Shown here: positions 54,062 through 64,000 of the stretch, one piece after another
Position numbering within the stretch: the first letter of the stretch is position 1
Layout: each line of letters begins with the position of its first letter
Assembly: GCA_964016885.1 (NCBI GenBank)
Contig: OZ024742.1
Location: forward strand, 221,898,001 to 221,962,000
Length of the DNA stretch: 64,000 nt
Direction: 5' to 3'
Origin: Eledone cirrhosa
Taxonomy: Eukaryota
Translations under genes and position numbers: made by a program
Notes under the pieces: model-generated
Told to the model about the DNA's origin: nothing
The model's database searches: none
The model's input: only the letters and a program-made list of their open reading frames with translations

Positions 54062-57000
54062 ATGGCCATAAGAGTAGGAAGTTTAAATGTTCGTGGCCTG
54101 GGGTCGCCCTGGAAGCAAGGTCACTTGCTCAACGACCTCAGGTCACTAGGAATGGATGTAATTGCCATCAGCGAGACCAGAATTTCCGACACACGCGCAC
54201 TGGCGCCGATTTTCGACGATTATCAGATCTTTGCATCTGTTAGTCGGCCGGGAATGGGAGGTGGAGTGGCTGTGCTGTTTAGGAAATGTCTGGATCTCGA
54301 GGTAAGGTCAATCTTCCGGGATCCTGACGGAAAGTTGGTGGTCCTGGACGTGAGCAATAGCGAAGGTGGTGCCTTTAGACTGGTGGCCGTCTACGCCCCT
54401 ACTGGGGCCGGTCGGCCGGACTTCTTTAGGCGCCTGGAAAACTTTCTGCTTACGTCTCGCCCTTTACTGTTAATAGGGGATTGGAATGGCATCTTAGAAG
54501 CACGCTGGGATTGTGTGGGAGTATCTGATAGGAGCGGGGGGTGCAAAAGCCTCAAGTACCTGATCAGCCAGTTTCAACTGTCTGACAGGTACCGACTAGA
54601 TTTCCCTAATGCGCCAGTATGGACCTGGACCAATCGCATAGGGTCATCTAGATCGTACATAGATAGGATTTTCATTAGGAAAAGAGATAGAAATAGTGTA
54701 GGATGTCCACATTTTAAAACGGTTGCCTATTCAGATCACAAGCTTGTGATCTGTATGGTCGACCTAGATAAGACACGTAGGTTAGGACCTAGCTACTGGA
54801 AGCTAAACATGTCGTTTCCGGCACGTAAAGCTTACAGGGACCGGGTCAACAACTTAGTTAAGCAAAAGTTGACAGGGGGGGTTGTCAACAACAGGTGGTG
54901 GGGGGCACTCAAAAGAGAGATTAGAGCAACCTCGATAGGATTTAGCAAAGAAGTAGCAATAGAGAAAAATAGAAAGGAGGAGGGGCTGATAGCTAAGTTA
55001 GACGAGGCTATTTGTAGTGGCATTGCAACAGACGTGCTAGCGGCGAGAATGGCACTAGACCATTTCTTCAATGCGAAACACGAAGGTTGCATTGTCAGAG
55101 CTAAGGCGCGTGCTCTGAGGAACGAGGGAAGCAAAGCTGCCCGATGGGCTCGCTTTGCAGAGACGCAGCGTGGAAATAAAACCACAATTCGGTCTTTGAC
55201 GGATCGAGATGGACACGAACTGAGCGATTCCAAGCGGATGTGTGAGGCCTTTCGCCAGCACTTTGCTCGATTGTTCGGGAGGATGGGTGAGTCGGAGACG
55301 GCGGCGGACTTCAGTCCCTACCTCGACGGCTTGCCACGCCTCTCGACGGCCGACGCTGAGCGCTGCGAAGAGCCGATAACATCAGCCGAAATTCAGGACG
55401 CCCTTGTCGGCTGCTCGAGTCGCAAGTCACCCGGTTTGGATGGTCTGCCCTACGAGCTTTACGTAAATATGCCAGACTTGTTCTCCGATCTCCTCGAAGC
55501 GCTCTACTGCAACTGGCAGCAGAACGGGAGCATTCCCAGTTCTGTGAGCCGTGGCGTAGTGACGCTGATAAGGAAAGACGAGAACAAGAGGGACACACTA
55601 GATAATTTCAGGCCCATAACCCTGCTCAACACAGAGTTTAAGATTTTGGCCAAGGTGTTAGCGAAAAGGTTGGCGCTTGTCGTCAAAGATTTGGTTGGGG
55701 AGGCGCAAACTTGCGCAATCCCGACCAGGTCCATACACGACAACCTCCACCTCATGCGATACATCATAGAGAGGGTTGGGTGCAAACCTGGCTTCGGTGG
55801 GGCTCTGATCAATTTAGATCAATCGAAAGCATTCGATAGGGTCGACCATCGGTACTTGGAGGCTGTCCTCGAGGCGGCTGGCTTCGGCCCCGTCTTCAGA
55901 AGCTGGATCGCTGCAATGTACAGCGGCATCCGCTCGGTGGTCAAAGTTAATGGCCACCTCTCGGAACCGTTTCAGATCTCTCGATCGGTCCGTCAAGGGT
56001 GCCCTCTCTCCTCACTTCTGTACGTATTGACTCTTGAGCCTCTACTGCGGAAGCTGGAGTTGTTGCAGGGCATCCCGCTCGAACCGGGACGTAGAAAGGC
56101 TGCGTCCGCTTATGCGGACGACATCACCGTGATGGTGTCGGACACCTCGGAAATCGAGGTGATCCGCACCCATTTGGAGGAATATGAAAGGTTGACGGGA
56201 GCAAAACTTAACCCGGAAAAGTCGGTGGGCTTGCAGCTCGGCACCTGGAGAGGCAAGTCCATGCCGTCCAACAGCGTCGTTGGGCGCTGGACAGACGGAC
56301 CGGTAAAGTTGCTCGGGGTTTGGTTCGGACCAGACCTCCAGGTGGATAAGAATTGGGACGAGGTGACGAGCAGGATAGCCAACCTCACCCAGAAATGGGC
56401 TGAGAGAAAGCTATCACTGAAAGGGCGGGCGGAGGTGGCGAACGCGTACATCGCGTCCGTCATCTACTACCGCCTGACCGTCGTGCCTTGCCCCCGTCCA
56501 CGCCTCGCCAATTTGGAACGGCTCCTTTTCAAATTTTTGTGGAGGGGACGGGTCCCGTTGGTGAGGCGGTCCATCTGCTGCCAGCACCCTCTTCGTGGAG
56601 GGCTGGGCATGCCGTGGCTAATGATGCGCAGACATGCGCTGAGGCTGCGACATCTCCAGATATTTTGCCTAAACGGTGAACAGGTGTGGTCGCCGTTTGT
56701 TAGACGGGCCTTTCCGCAGCTCATCTCTTTGACTGAGCTGCAGTCCTGGGTCAAGAAGAGACCGAGACTGGGCGACTGGCATCTGGAATGTTGCCAGGCG
56801 CTCACTGCACTCTGCAAGGTGGGCAATGCGGTCAGTGGAACTTCCACTCAAGATTTCTATAGAGGATTAGTGGAGGGCAAGTGCGATGACGTACTAGGAG
56901 AGGCTCTGGGCGTCAACGAAGTAGAACTGACCAGTATGTTCCGGAGGACTTTCGAGCCGGGGACGATGGATAACTTCCAGAAATCCCTCGCTTGGCAGTG

Positions 57001-57481
57001 CTACCGGGGGGCGCTGCCGGTTCGGGATAAACTCTACAGGCACGGAAGTGCTGTCAGACGAACCTGCCCGAGATGCGCGCAGAGCGACGAAACCGTTCTG
57101 CACGCACTCGTCCAGTGTCCGTGCATTGCTGACTTGTGGGGTTATGTCGAACAGCTATTGTCGCGTGTAGAACGGATCCGGCTATCGTCCGAGTCCATAG
57201 TGAAGATTGACCCGCCGCCTTCTTTTGGTCAGGAAGGGCAGGCAATTTTCCTCTGCCTGGTGGCAGTAGCGAAAGAGGTTGCATGGTGGACCAGGTTGAA
57301 AGGACTGAAGACAGACACTTTTCTCTTCGGCCAATCCCTCATCAACTTCTTCAAGTTTCACTTGGAAAGGAAGGTGAGGGTGGAGAAAGAAGTGCTGCCC
57401 CCCAGTACATTTACTGAAAGGTGGGTGAATGTGGCGAGAATGGCCCGCGTGAGTGGGCCTACTCTGATCATGCGCCTGTAG
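54062..57481 (+). CDS. Tx1-like ORF2p: APE endonuclease + reverse transcriptase + CCHC
   Basis: 1139 aa; SLNVRGL, ISETR, VYAP, GDWN, IDRIF, SDH; KSPGLDGLP, RPITLLN, DQSKAFDRVDH, QGCPLS, YADD; CPRC..ETVLHALVQC. Confidence 0.97.
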   Translation: MAIRVGSLNVRGLGSPWKQGHLLNDLRSLGMDVIAISETRISDTRALAPIFDDYQIFASVSRPGMGGGVAVLFRKCLDLEVRSIFRDPDGKLVVLDVSNSEGGAFRLVAVYAPTGAGRPDFFRRLENFLLTSRPLLLIGDWNGILEARWDCVGVSDRSGGCKSLKYLISQFQLSDRYRLDFPNAPVWTWTNRIGSSRSYIDRIFIRKRDRNSVGCPHFKTVAYSDHKLVICMVDLDKTRRLGPSYWKLNMSFPARKAYRDRVNNLVKQKLTGGVVNNRWWGALKREIRATSIGFSKEVAIEKNRKEEGLIAKLDEAICSGIATDVLAARMALDHFFNAKHEGCIVRAKARALRNEGSKAARWARFAETQRGNKTTIRSLTDRDGHELSDSKRMCEAFRQHFARLFGRMGESETAADFSPYLDGLPRLSTADAERCEEPITSAEIQDALVGCSSRKSPGLDGLPYELYVNMPDLFSDLLEALYCNWQQNGSIPSSVSRGVVTLIRKDENKRDTLDNFRPITLLNTEFKILAKVLAKRLALVVKDLVGEAQTCAIPTRSIHDNLHLMRYIIERVGCKPGFGGALINLDQSKAFDRVDHRYLEAVLEAAGFGPVFRSWIAAMYSGIRSVVKVNGHLSEPFQISRSVRQGCPLSSLLYVLTLEPLLRKLELLQGIPLEPGRRKAASAYADDITVMVSDTSEIEVIRTHLEEYERLTGAKLNPEKSVGLQLGTWRGKSMPSNSVVGRWTDGPVKLLGVWFGPDLQVDKNWDEVTSRIANLTQKWAERKLSLKGRAEVANAYIASVIYYRLTVVPCPRPRLANLERLLFKFLWRGRVPLVRRSICCQHPLRGGLGMPWLMMRRHALRLRHLQIFCLNGEQVWSPFVRRAFPQLISLTELQSWVKKRPRLGDWHLECCQALTALCKVGNAVSGTSTQDFYRGLVEGKCDDVLGEALGVNEVELTSMFRRTFEPGTMDNFQKSLAWQCYRGALPVRDKLYRHGSAVRRTCPRCAQSDETVLHALVQCPCIADLWGYVEQLLSRVERIRLSSESIVKIDPPPSFGQEGQAIFLCLVAVAKEVAWWTRLKGLKTDTFLFGQSLINFFKFHLERKVRVEKEVLPPSTFTERWVNVARMARVSGPTLIMRL

Positions 57482-57733
57482 GCTGGTGAATTCGAGAAGG
57501 AGAGGGGTGCCCTTCCCGGGTGCCCTAGGAGCGTCGGGTGGCTCAGGACTGGTGGGGTGCTTGAGTCAACCCTGGGTGGTGATCCCTCTTATTGGGGAAC
57601 TTTCATTGTTGTATTTTTATTGTTATTTTGTTTTTTTTGTTATTTATACTTACTCGATCTCTATGTAAACCCCCACTGTCCCTGTCTATTGTGTTGTCCC
57701 CTATATGTCGGCCCTTGTGGCCAATAAATGAAA

Positions 57734-57783
<50 letters not shown>

Positions 57784-60700
57784 GTTCTTTGAGTCTCAGT
57801 CATTGATGTCATTTAACTGGAAAGTTTGTTGAAATGAATATCAAGCCGCCACGTGCAGCCTCAGATATTCAGGACGTATCGGAGGGTTCTTGCTGTTCCC
57901 AGTAAGCATGCCTTTTGAAGTGTTCCAAAAAGCGGGGCTGGACTAATCTTCTTTAACCATCTTTGGAAACTCTTTGAGATAGTACCTAGTGCGTCTATGA
58001 CAATTTCATGGCAGTTCCAAATTCTTTTTAACTCCCACTTTAAGTCCTGGTATCAGTTAATTTTCTCCCTCTCCTTTTCTTGCATTCTCGTGTCAAATGG
58101 GCAATTTACATCTACAATCAGGCACGATCTTTTTTCCTTGTCCCAAACCACCAGGTCAGGCCTATTGTGTTCTAATTTCTTGTCCGTCTGTATCCTAAAA
58201 TCCCATAGCACCTTCACCTGATCGTTTTCTATCATCGACTCTGGCTAATGTTCATACCACTTCTCCGAATGTGGTAAATTGTTTACTTTGCATAGATGCC
58301 AGTGGATCACCCTGCCTATCACATCATGTCTCCAGCCCTTATAGTGAGTCTGGGCTAGGTGTTTACACTCGGATACAATGTGAGCCACAGTCTCCTCTCT
58401 CTCTCCACAGATCCTACACAGTGAGCTAGCCTCCTCTTTGTCAATATGGTGTTTCACTCACTTCGTTCTGAGGGCTTGCTCTTGCGCAGCCATTAGCATT
58501 CCTTCTGTAGCCTTTTTAAGGTCTCCTCTTTTTAACCAGTTCCATGTCTGTGGTTCTCTAAATTCTGTTTTCTTAAAGAAGGTGCTATGAAGGGATTTTT
58601 CATGAAGGTTGCTCTTCCTCCTTGTTGTTATTTCCTCCTTGGACATCCCCTGGTCTATTGTCTTCTCCTTCAGTACGATTTTGAGCATTGGCTCCCTACT
58701 GTCTGTCACGTATTTGTGCAGGTTGTTTTTCTCCATCTGAACACAGTCCTCTATGCTGATAAGACCTCTTCCACCTTCAGATCTCCTTAAGTAGAGTCTA
58801 TTGACATCACTCCTCTTGTGGAACATGTTGTAGATAGTCAATATCTTCCTAGTCTTCCTATCCATTTCTTTTTGTTCAGTAACATTCCATTTCAGAATTC
58901 CCGCACTGTATCTAATAATAGACACAGCTCGGGAATTTATTGCACTTATAACATTCCTACTATTCAGATGTGATTTTAGTACGCTCCTTACTCTCCTTAT
59001 CTACTCAGACCTTATCAATTGCTTCATTTTTTTTGTTCTTGATGTCATCTGCCTCCAGAACACCTAAATATTTGTATCCCTCTTCAGTGTCAATTTCCTT
59101 TATCATCTCACCTGTTGGTACCTGGATTCTGTTGCTTCTGCTCAATTTACCCCTCTTCATCACTAGGACTCCACACTTATTAATACCAAATTCCATACAT
59201 ATATCATTGCTGAAAATACGGACAGTGTCAACAAGTACATCCAACTCCTTCTCACTCTTCCCAAAGAGTTTAAGATCGTCCATGAAGAGGAGGTGATTGA
59301 TGGTAAGCTCTCCTCTTCCCAACTTGTATCCTGCTCTCACTTTTCGCAATATAACGGACAGGGGTATCAGGGCAAGGACAAACAGCAGAGGGGCAAACTA
59401 TCTCCCTGGAAGATACCTCTCTTGATCTTCACGCCTCCCAAGGATTCTCCACCTGATGTTAACTCTGTTTCCCAGGATTTCATACTTTTGCTCAACAACT
59501 GTCTGATGTTATCTGCCACCTTCAAGATCTCTAGGCTTTTGGTTATCCAAGAATGAGGTACCATGTCGAATGCCTTTTTGTAATCTATCCATCCCATGGC
59601 AAGACCAGTGTGCCTCCTCTTGCAATTCCTCATTACCATCTTATCAATAAGTAACTGGTCTTTTGTACCACGGGACTTCTTTCGGCATCCTTTCTGTTCG
59701 TCCGGTAACAAGTTGTTTATGTGGAGGTGATTGTAGATTTCTCCAGACACAATGCTTGTGAACAGTTTCCACATTACGGACAGATATGTGATAGGCCTAT
59801 AGTTTCATTACCCTTGATTCGGTCTTTCATTACCAGAATTGTGGTACCTTTTGTCAACCACTCTGGTACTTCACCCGACATCAAGCAGTCATTGAACATG
59901 GTTGTCAGTTTCGGGTGGAGGGATGTTATGTTTTTAATCCAATACCCTTGCACACCATCTGGGCCTGGTGATTTCCAGTTGGTTAGTCTTTTGGCCTGCC
60001 CTTTAAGAGTTTCAACTGTGATACTCAAATCAGGTTGTTGGTGTGCTTGTTCACTAATCTCCTTTTGAACTGTCTTAATCCGCACTGCCTGACTATTATG
60101 TTCAACATCCTGCTCCCTTATTCCACCCCAGAATGTCTTAGTCTGTTCCGCCTCAGGGATCACGTCGTTGCATCTTTCTTTCCCTTCAAGCTGTCCAAAC
60201 AACATCTTCTGGCTGTTGTCAAACATGCGGTTCTGTCTATACTGACTGACTCTGTTCTCATACCGCCTAATCTTTGCACTTTTTGCTACAATGCTTTGCT
60301 TCAGTTCCTCTATGATAATATTTAGCCTTTTCCCCCTAGTTTTGTATTTTGTTTCCAATCTATCTTTAGTGTCTATGTTTTCTAATGTCCCATTCAGTAA
60401 GGACTCAAGCTTTCCAATGTCTTTTCTCATTTCCTTGATTTGACCATTCAGTCGTTTCTTCCACCAAGGTTCTGATCTTTCTTGTTTGTTGTTTCCTCTC
60501 GTTTTTATACCCAGTAATTTCCTCACCGCATTTGCGGTTGCTTTGAGGATATTGTTGCATTGGTTCCTCGCCTCAAAGTATGGGATGACTTTGTTTTCCT
60601 TAGCTGTTGTTTCATTTAACTTTTTCATGTCTACAAATCTTAGGTTCATAGGTTTTCCACTATCATTGTTCATTTCATCTACCATTAAGTTCAGGATATC

Positions 60701-61290
60701 AACCAAATCTTGCCCTAGCCCGTCAGCATTCATTTCCTCAAAGGCCGTATCTTTGTTCCAGATGTTATTTATTTCAGCATTCAGATCATTGTCTGCTTCG
60801 GATGCTTCCCCAGGTCTCTCAACCTCTTCACCTTCATTTCCCACTGGCTCGTTTGCCTGACATACTCCACTCTCCATTTCCAACTTAATCTCTCTGCTCA
60901 GTTCCTCCAGTTCCAACTCGCTTATCCATCCATTAGTTCTTATTACCCGAGCCTGTCCGGCCAATTTTTGTTCATCTAATTTAACTAGACCAATCTCGTT
61001 CCAGATGTTATGCATCCGTTTCCTATAGCCTTTTCCCTTGGGGTTACTCTTCAGGTAACATTTCATGACAGTTCTATTCAATTCTTTCGTCCAGTTGGTT
61101 CTTGTCCCATTCCTTCTTCTTCCTCCATCACCAGCAGTATTTGGATGACAGCCAGGTCCCTGCTGCTGGGCCAGGGAGCACTTGCTGGGTAAGAGTCTTT
61201 CACGTGACTTTTCAGTCTCCTTTTCACCGTTATTCGAACTGTTCGTCATTTAAACACTCATATCGAAGATTGGTGAATGTATGGTTACAT
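57784..61290 (-). mobile_element. Near full-length, frameshifted Dong/R4-like LINE family A
   Basis: ATG at 61249; N-terminal WTKELNRTVMKCY...GYRKRMHNIW; RT ([17 protein letters not shown]); zinc finger; RLE; stop at 57861; (ATT)n at both ends. Confidence 0.95.
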
Positions 61291-61343
61291 ATTATTATTG
61301 AAATCTTTATTATTATTATCATTATTATTATTACATATATATT

Positions 61344-61398
<55 letters not shown>

Positions 61399-61479
61399 GG
61401 TAAACAGTAATAACAACACAATCGTTACAGTATATAGAAGGGATATATTAGGTTAACGCTTGATATAGCAGGAACAGAG

Positions 61480-61515
61480 TCTTAACGTTTCGGACGCTAG
61501 TCCTTTATCAGAAGA
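61480..61515 (-). ncRNA. Minimal hammerhead-like motif (G8A variant)
   Basis: UCUU-CUGAUAA-A-GGAC-UAGC-GUCC-GAAAC-GU-U-AAGA. Confidence 0.6.
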
Positions 61516-62004
61516 AAGAATGAGAAATAAGATAGATTGAGGCGACGGGTGAGTTGGAATATGAAAAAAAACAACAGGAAGCCGGACTGGAAACTTTATA
61601 ATTCTAATTACGCGAAAACACTATACATATTTTAATGGCCCAGCTTCATCATCCCAATATGATGCAAGGCCCAGGTGATTTCCTCAACAGAGAATAGAAT
61701 ATAGAAAATATAGAACCGATTTTGATTCGTGTTCTCTTATATAACTAATTCTGCAATGAACACCTGATGAAATCGCCTATGACATGCATCATATTCAGAT
61801 GATGAAACTAGACCATAAAAATATGTATAGTGTTTTTGCAGAATTAAAATTATAAAGTTCCCAGGCCGGCCCTCGGTTCTTGTTTCTAATGAATATTTCA
61901 TACCGTTCCTGCACCAACCACTGGAAACCATATCTACTATGGATGATCTGCATATCGTTGAGTGCTTTAATTGATTTGATTGCACCATTGGTAAACAACA
62001 TAAC

Positions 62005-62049
<45 letters not shown>

Positions 62050-62350
62050 GGAAAAGAATGAAACGAAATTTCATTTCTCACTCTTAGTACGGCTGGTACT
62101 TAAATGTAAGTATGTATGTATACGTACATACATATATGTATACAGACGTACAGTAGTATGTATATATATAAACATACATGCACACACATATATATATATA
62201 TACGTATGTGTTTACCGAACATTTATTATAATGCTTGGTTTGTTTGTAAACAAACATCCCGAATTACGCCGTACAGTGTTCAGGCAACCATCGTCACCTT
62301 TTTTTTCAACACTGACACAGGAACGATGTACTAGTTTCATGCTTATTAGC

Positions 62351-62383
<33 letters not shown>

Positions 62384-63066
62384 GTGAGGTTTTTTTTACA
62401 AAATGAAAAATAACCGAGATGTCCTACACGAGTGAAAGTATAAAGAAAAAGAGATGAAATCGAAAATGCAACTGGAGTCTTATTTTTTTTTTTAAATATA
62501 TATATTTATTTGGTTCCTTTACCGGTTTCGCAGTTCTTCTGCTTTTCAAAAGGTGAGTTGAGATGGAGGGTCTGTGGTTTTTCTCACATCTGGTTGAATG
62601 TTACTTGTTTTATATGGAAAAAGTGGCTCGAAATGCCAGGTTTTTCGAGAAGTAATTTGATTGGTTTGTCAATAATTATAATAAATTTCGCGCCAGTTCG
62701 CGTTACAATAGTTCTTCAAATAAGAGGGGGGGGGGTGTTTGTCACAAGTTGTTTTTTCATATATGAGTGTTTGAATTTCTTTTTACTTGAAAAAAGGGGG
62801 CTCACGAAGGCTTTTTTTTTGGTTGGTTATAAATGAAATTATGGCTGTCACGTGAACAAGTTTTCATTAAATTTTTGTGCCCTTATTTGGAAAGCCATTC
62901 TGTAGCCGTTTTAGAGAATTTTATGATAAGTGAAAGATAATGGTCAAGAGAAAGGGATGGGAGAATTGTTCTGGTTCAGTGAATATGGTTAGTTCGCTGG
63001 GGTGTCAGAATATATATTTAAAAAAAAGATAAGACTCCAGTTGCATTTTCGATTTCATCTCTTTTT

Positions 63067-63114
<48 letters not shown>

Positions 63115-63365
63115 AAATGGGGAGAAGAATACTGCAGGTTCCACATGGATAACATGTAATAAAATGAGTCCCTCATCAGTGATTTGCCGACGATCATAGA
63201 TATTTCATTGCAATATATATATATATATATATATACGTATATATATATATATATATGGTGGCCGACTGAATACGCACGTTTTTTTATACCCATTTTTTTT
63301 TCATTTTCCCCGGTCCTTCCTTTCACCACTCTTTATTTTCTATTTATCTTCTATTTCTAACTCTA

Positions 63366-63401
63366 TCTCCTGATGAAGGACTAGTGTCCAAAACGTTAAG
63401 A
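63366..63401 (+). ncRNA. Minimal hammerhead-like motif (G12A variant), same family as 61480-61515
   Basis: UCUC-CUGAUGA-A-GGAC-UAGU-GUCC-AAAAC-GU-U-AAGA. Confidence 0.6.
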
Positions 63402-63492
63402 CTCTCTTCAAGTGTTAATATATTTCTGCCATGTACTGTGCCGTTTGTTTTGCTATATTTGCTATTTCTGTTTTACACACAAATGCGCGCGC

Positions 63493-63608
<116 letters not shown>

Positions 63609-63677
63609 GTATATATATATATATGTATATATATGTATGTGTGTATATATATGTATGTGTGTGTATATATATGTATA

Positions 63678-63740
<63 letters not shown>

Positions 63741-63757
63741 GTATGTGTGTATATATG

Positions 63758-63931
<174 letters not shown>

Positions 63932-64000
63932 AATAGGATTTCGCTTCAAGCATAGCTTTATACAATATGTATAAATGTTTCGTATCTCCAAGGAAATACG

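Larger units (their letters stand above)
51910..57735 (+). mobile_element. Intact full-length Tx1-like (L1-clade) LINE inserted in (ATT)n
   Basis: ~210-nt 5' UTR, two uninterrupted ORFs, 3' UTR with AATAAA; (ATT)n at 51886-51909 and 57736-57783. Confidence 0.97.

Noticed and set aside
52112-57284. Antisense and alternate-frame ORFs within the LINEs
   Set aside because: Shadow ORFs of GC-rich coding sequence with no recognisable domains.
63125-63212. CUGAUGA-containing repeat (also 39535-39625) as a type II hammerhead
   Set aside because: Stems II and III do not pair and are inconsistent between the copies.

Overview
Eukaryotic, AT-rich, repeat-dense DNA, most likely octopus/cephalopod (inferred from SINE types and microsatellite load). 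The only well-supported host coding sequence is the last two coding exons (2-100 and 6222-6335) of a PhyH-like 2OG-Fe(II) dioxygenase gene. The rest is mobile DNA occupying two microsatellite niches. (1) (ATT)n niche: three pile-ups (0.6-6.2, 18.9-28.4, 50.7-61.3 kb). They hold Tx1-like (L1-clade, APE-RT) LINEs, including one intact copy at 51910-57735; Dong/R4-like RT-RLE LINEs; and a tRNA-derived SINE whose last ~27 nt match the Tx1-like 3' end. Tx1 and SINE read into (ATT)n; Dong elements read into (AAT)n. The two long Tx1-like copies share a perfect 5' splice-site motif at the ORF1 stop. (2) (TA)n/(CA)n niche: short non-coding Penelope-related elements carrying type I hammerhead ribozymes (one canonical at 11126-11209, several near-canonical), many fold-back palindromes, a Tc1/mariner element and MITEs. 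Most short ORFs in the supplied track are microsatellite or antisense artefacts. All assignments were made by eye; no database search was run.
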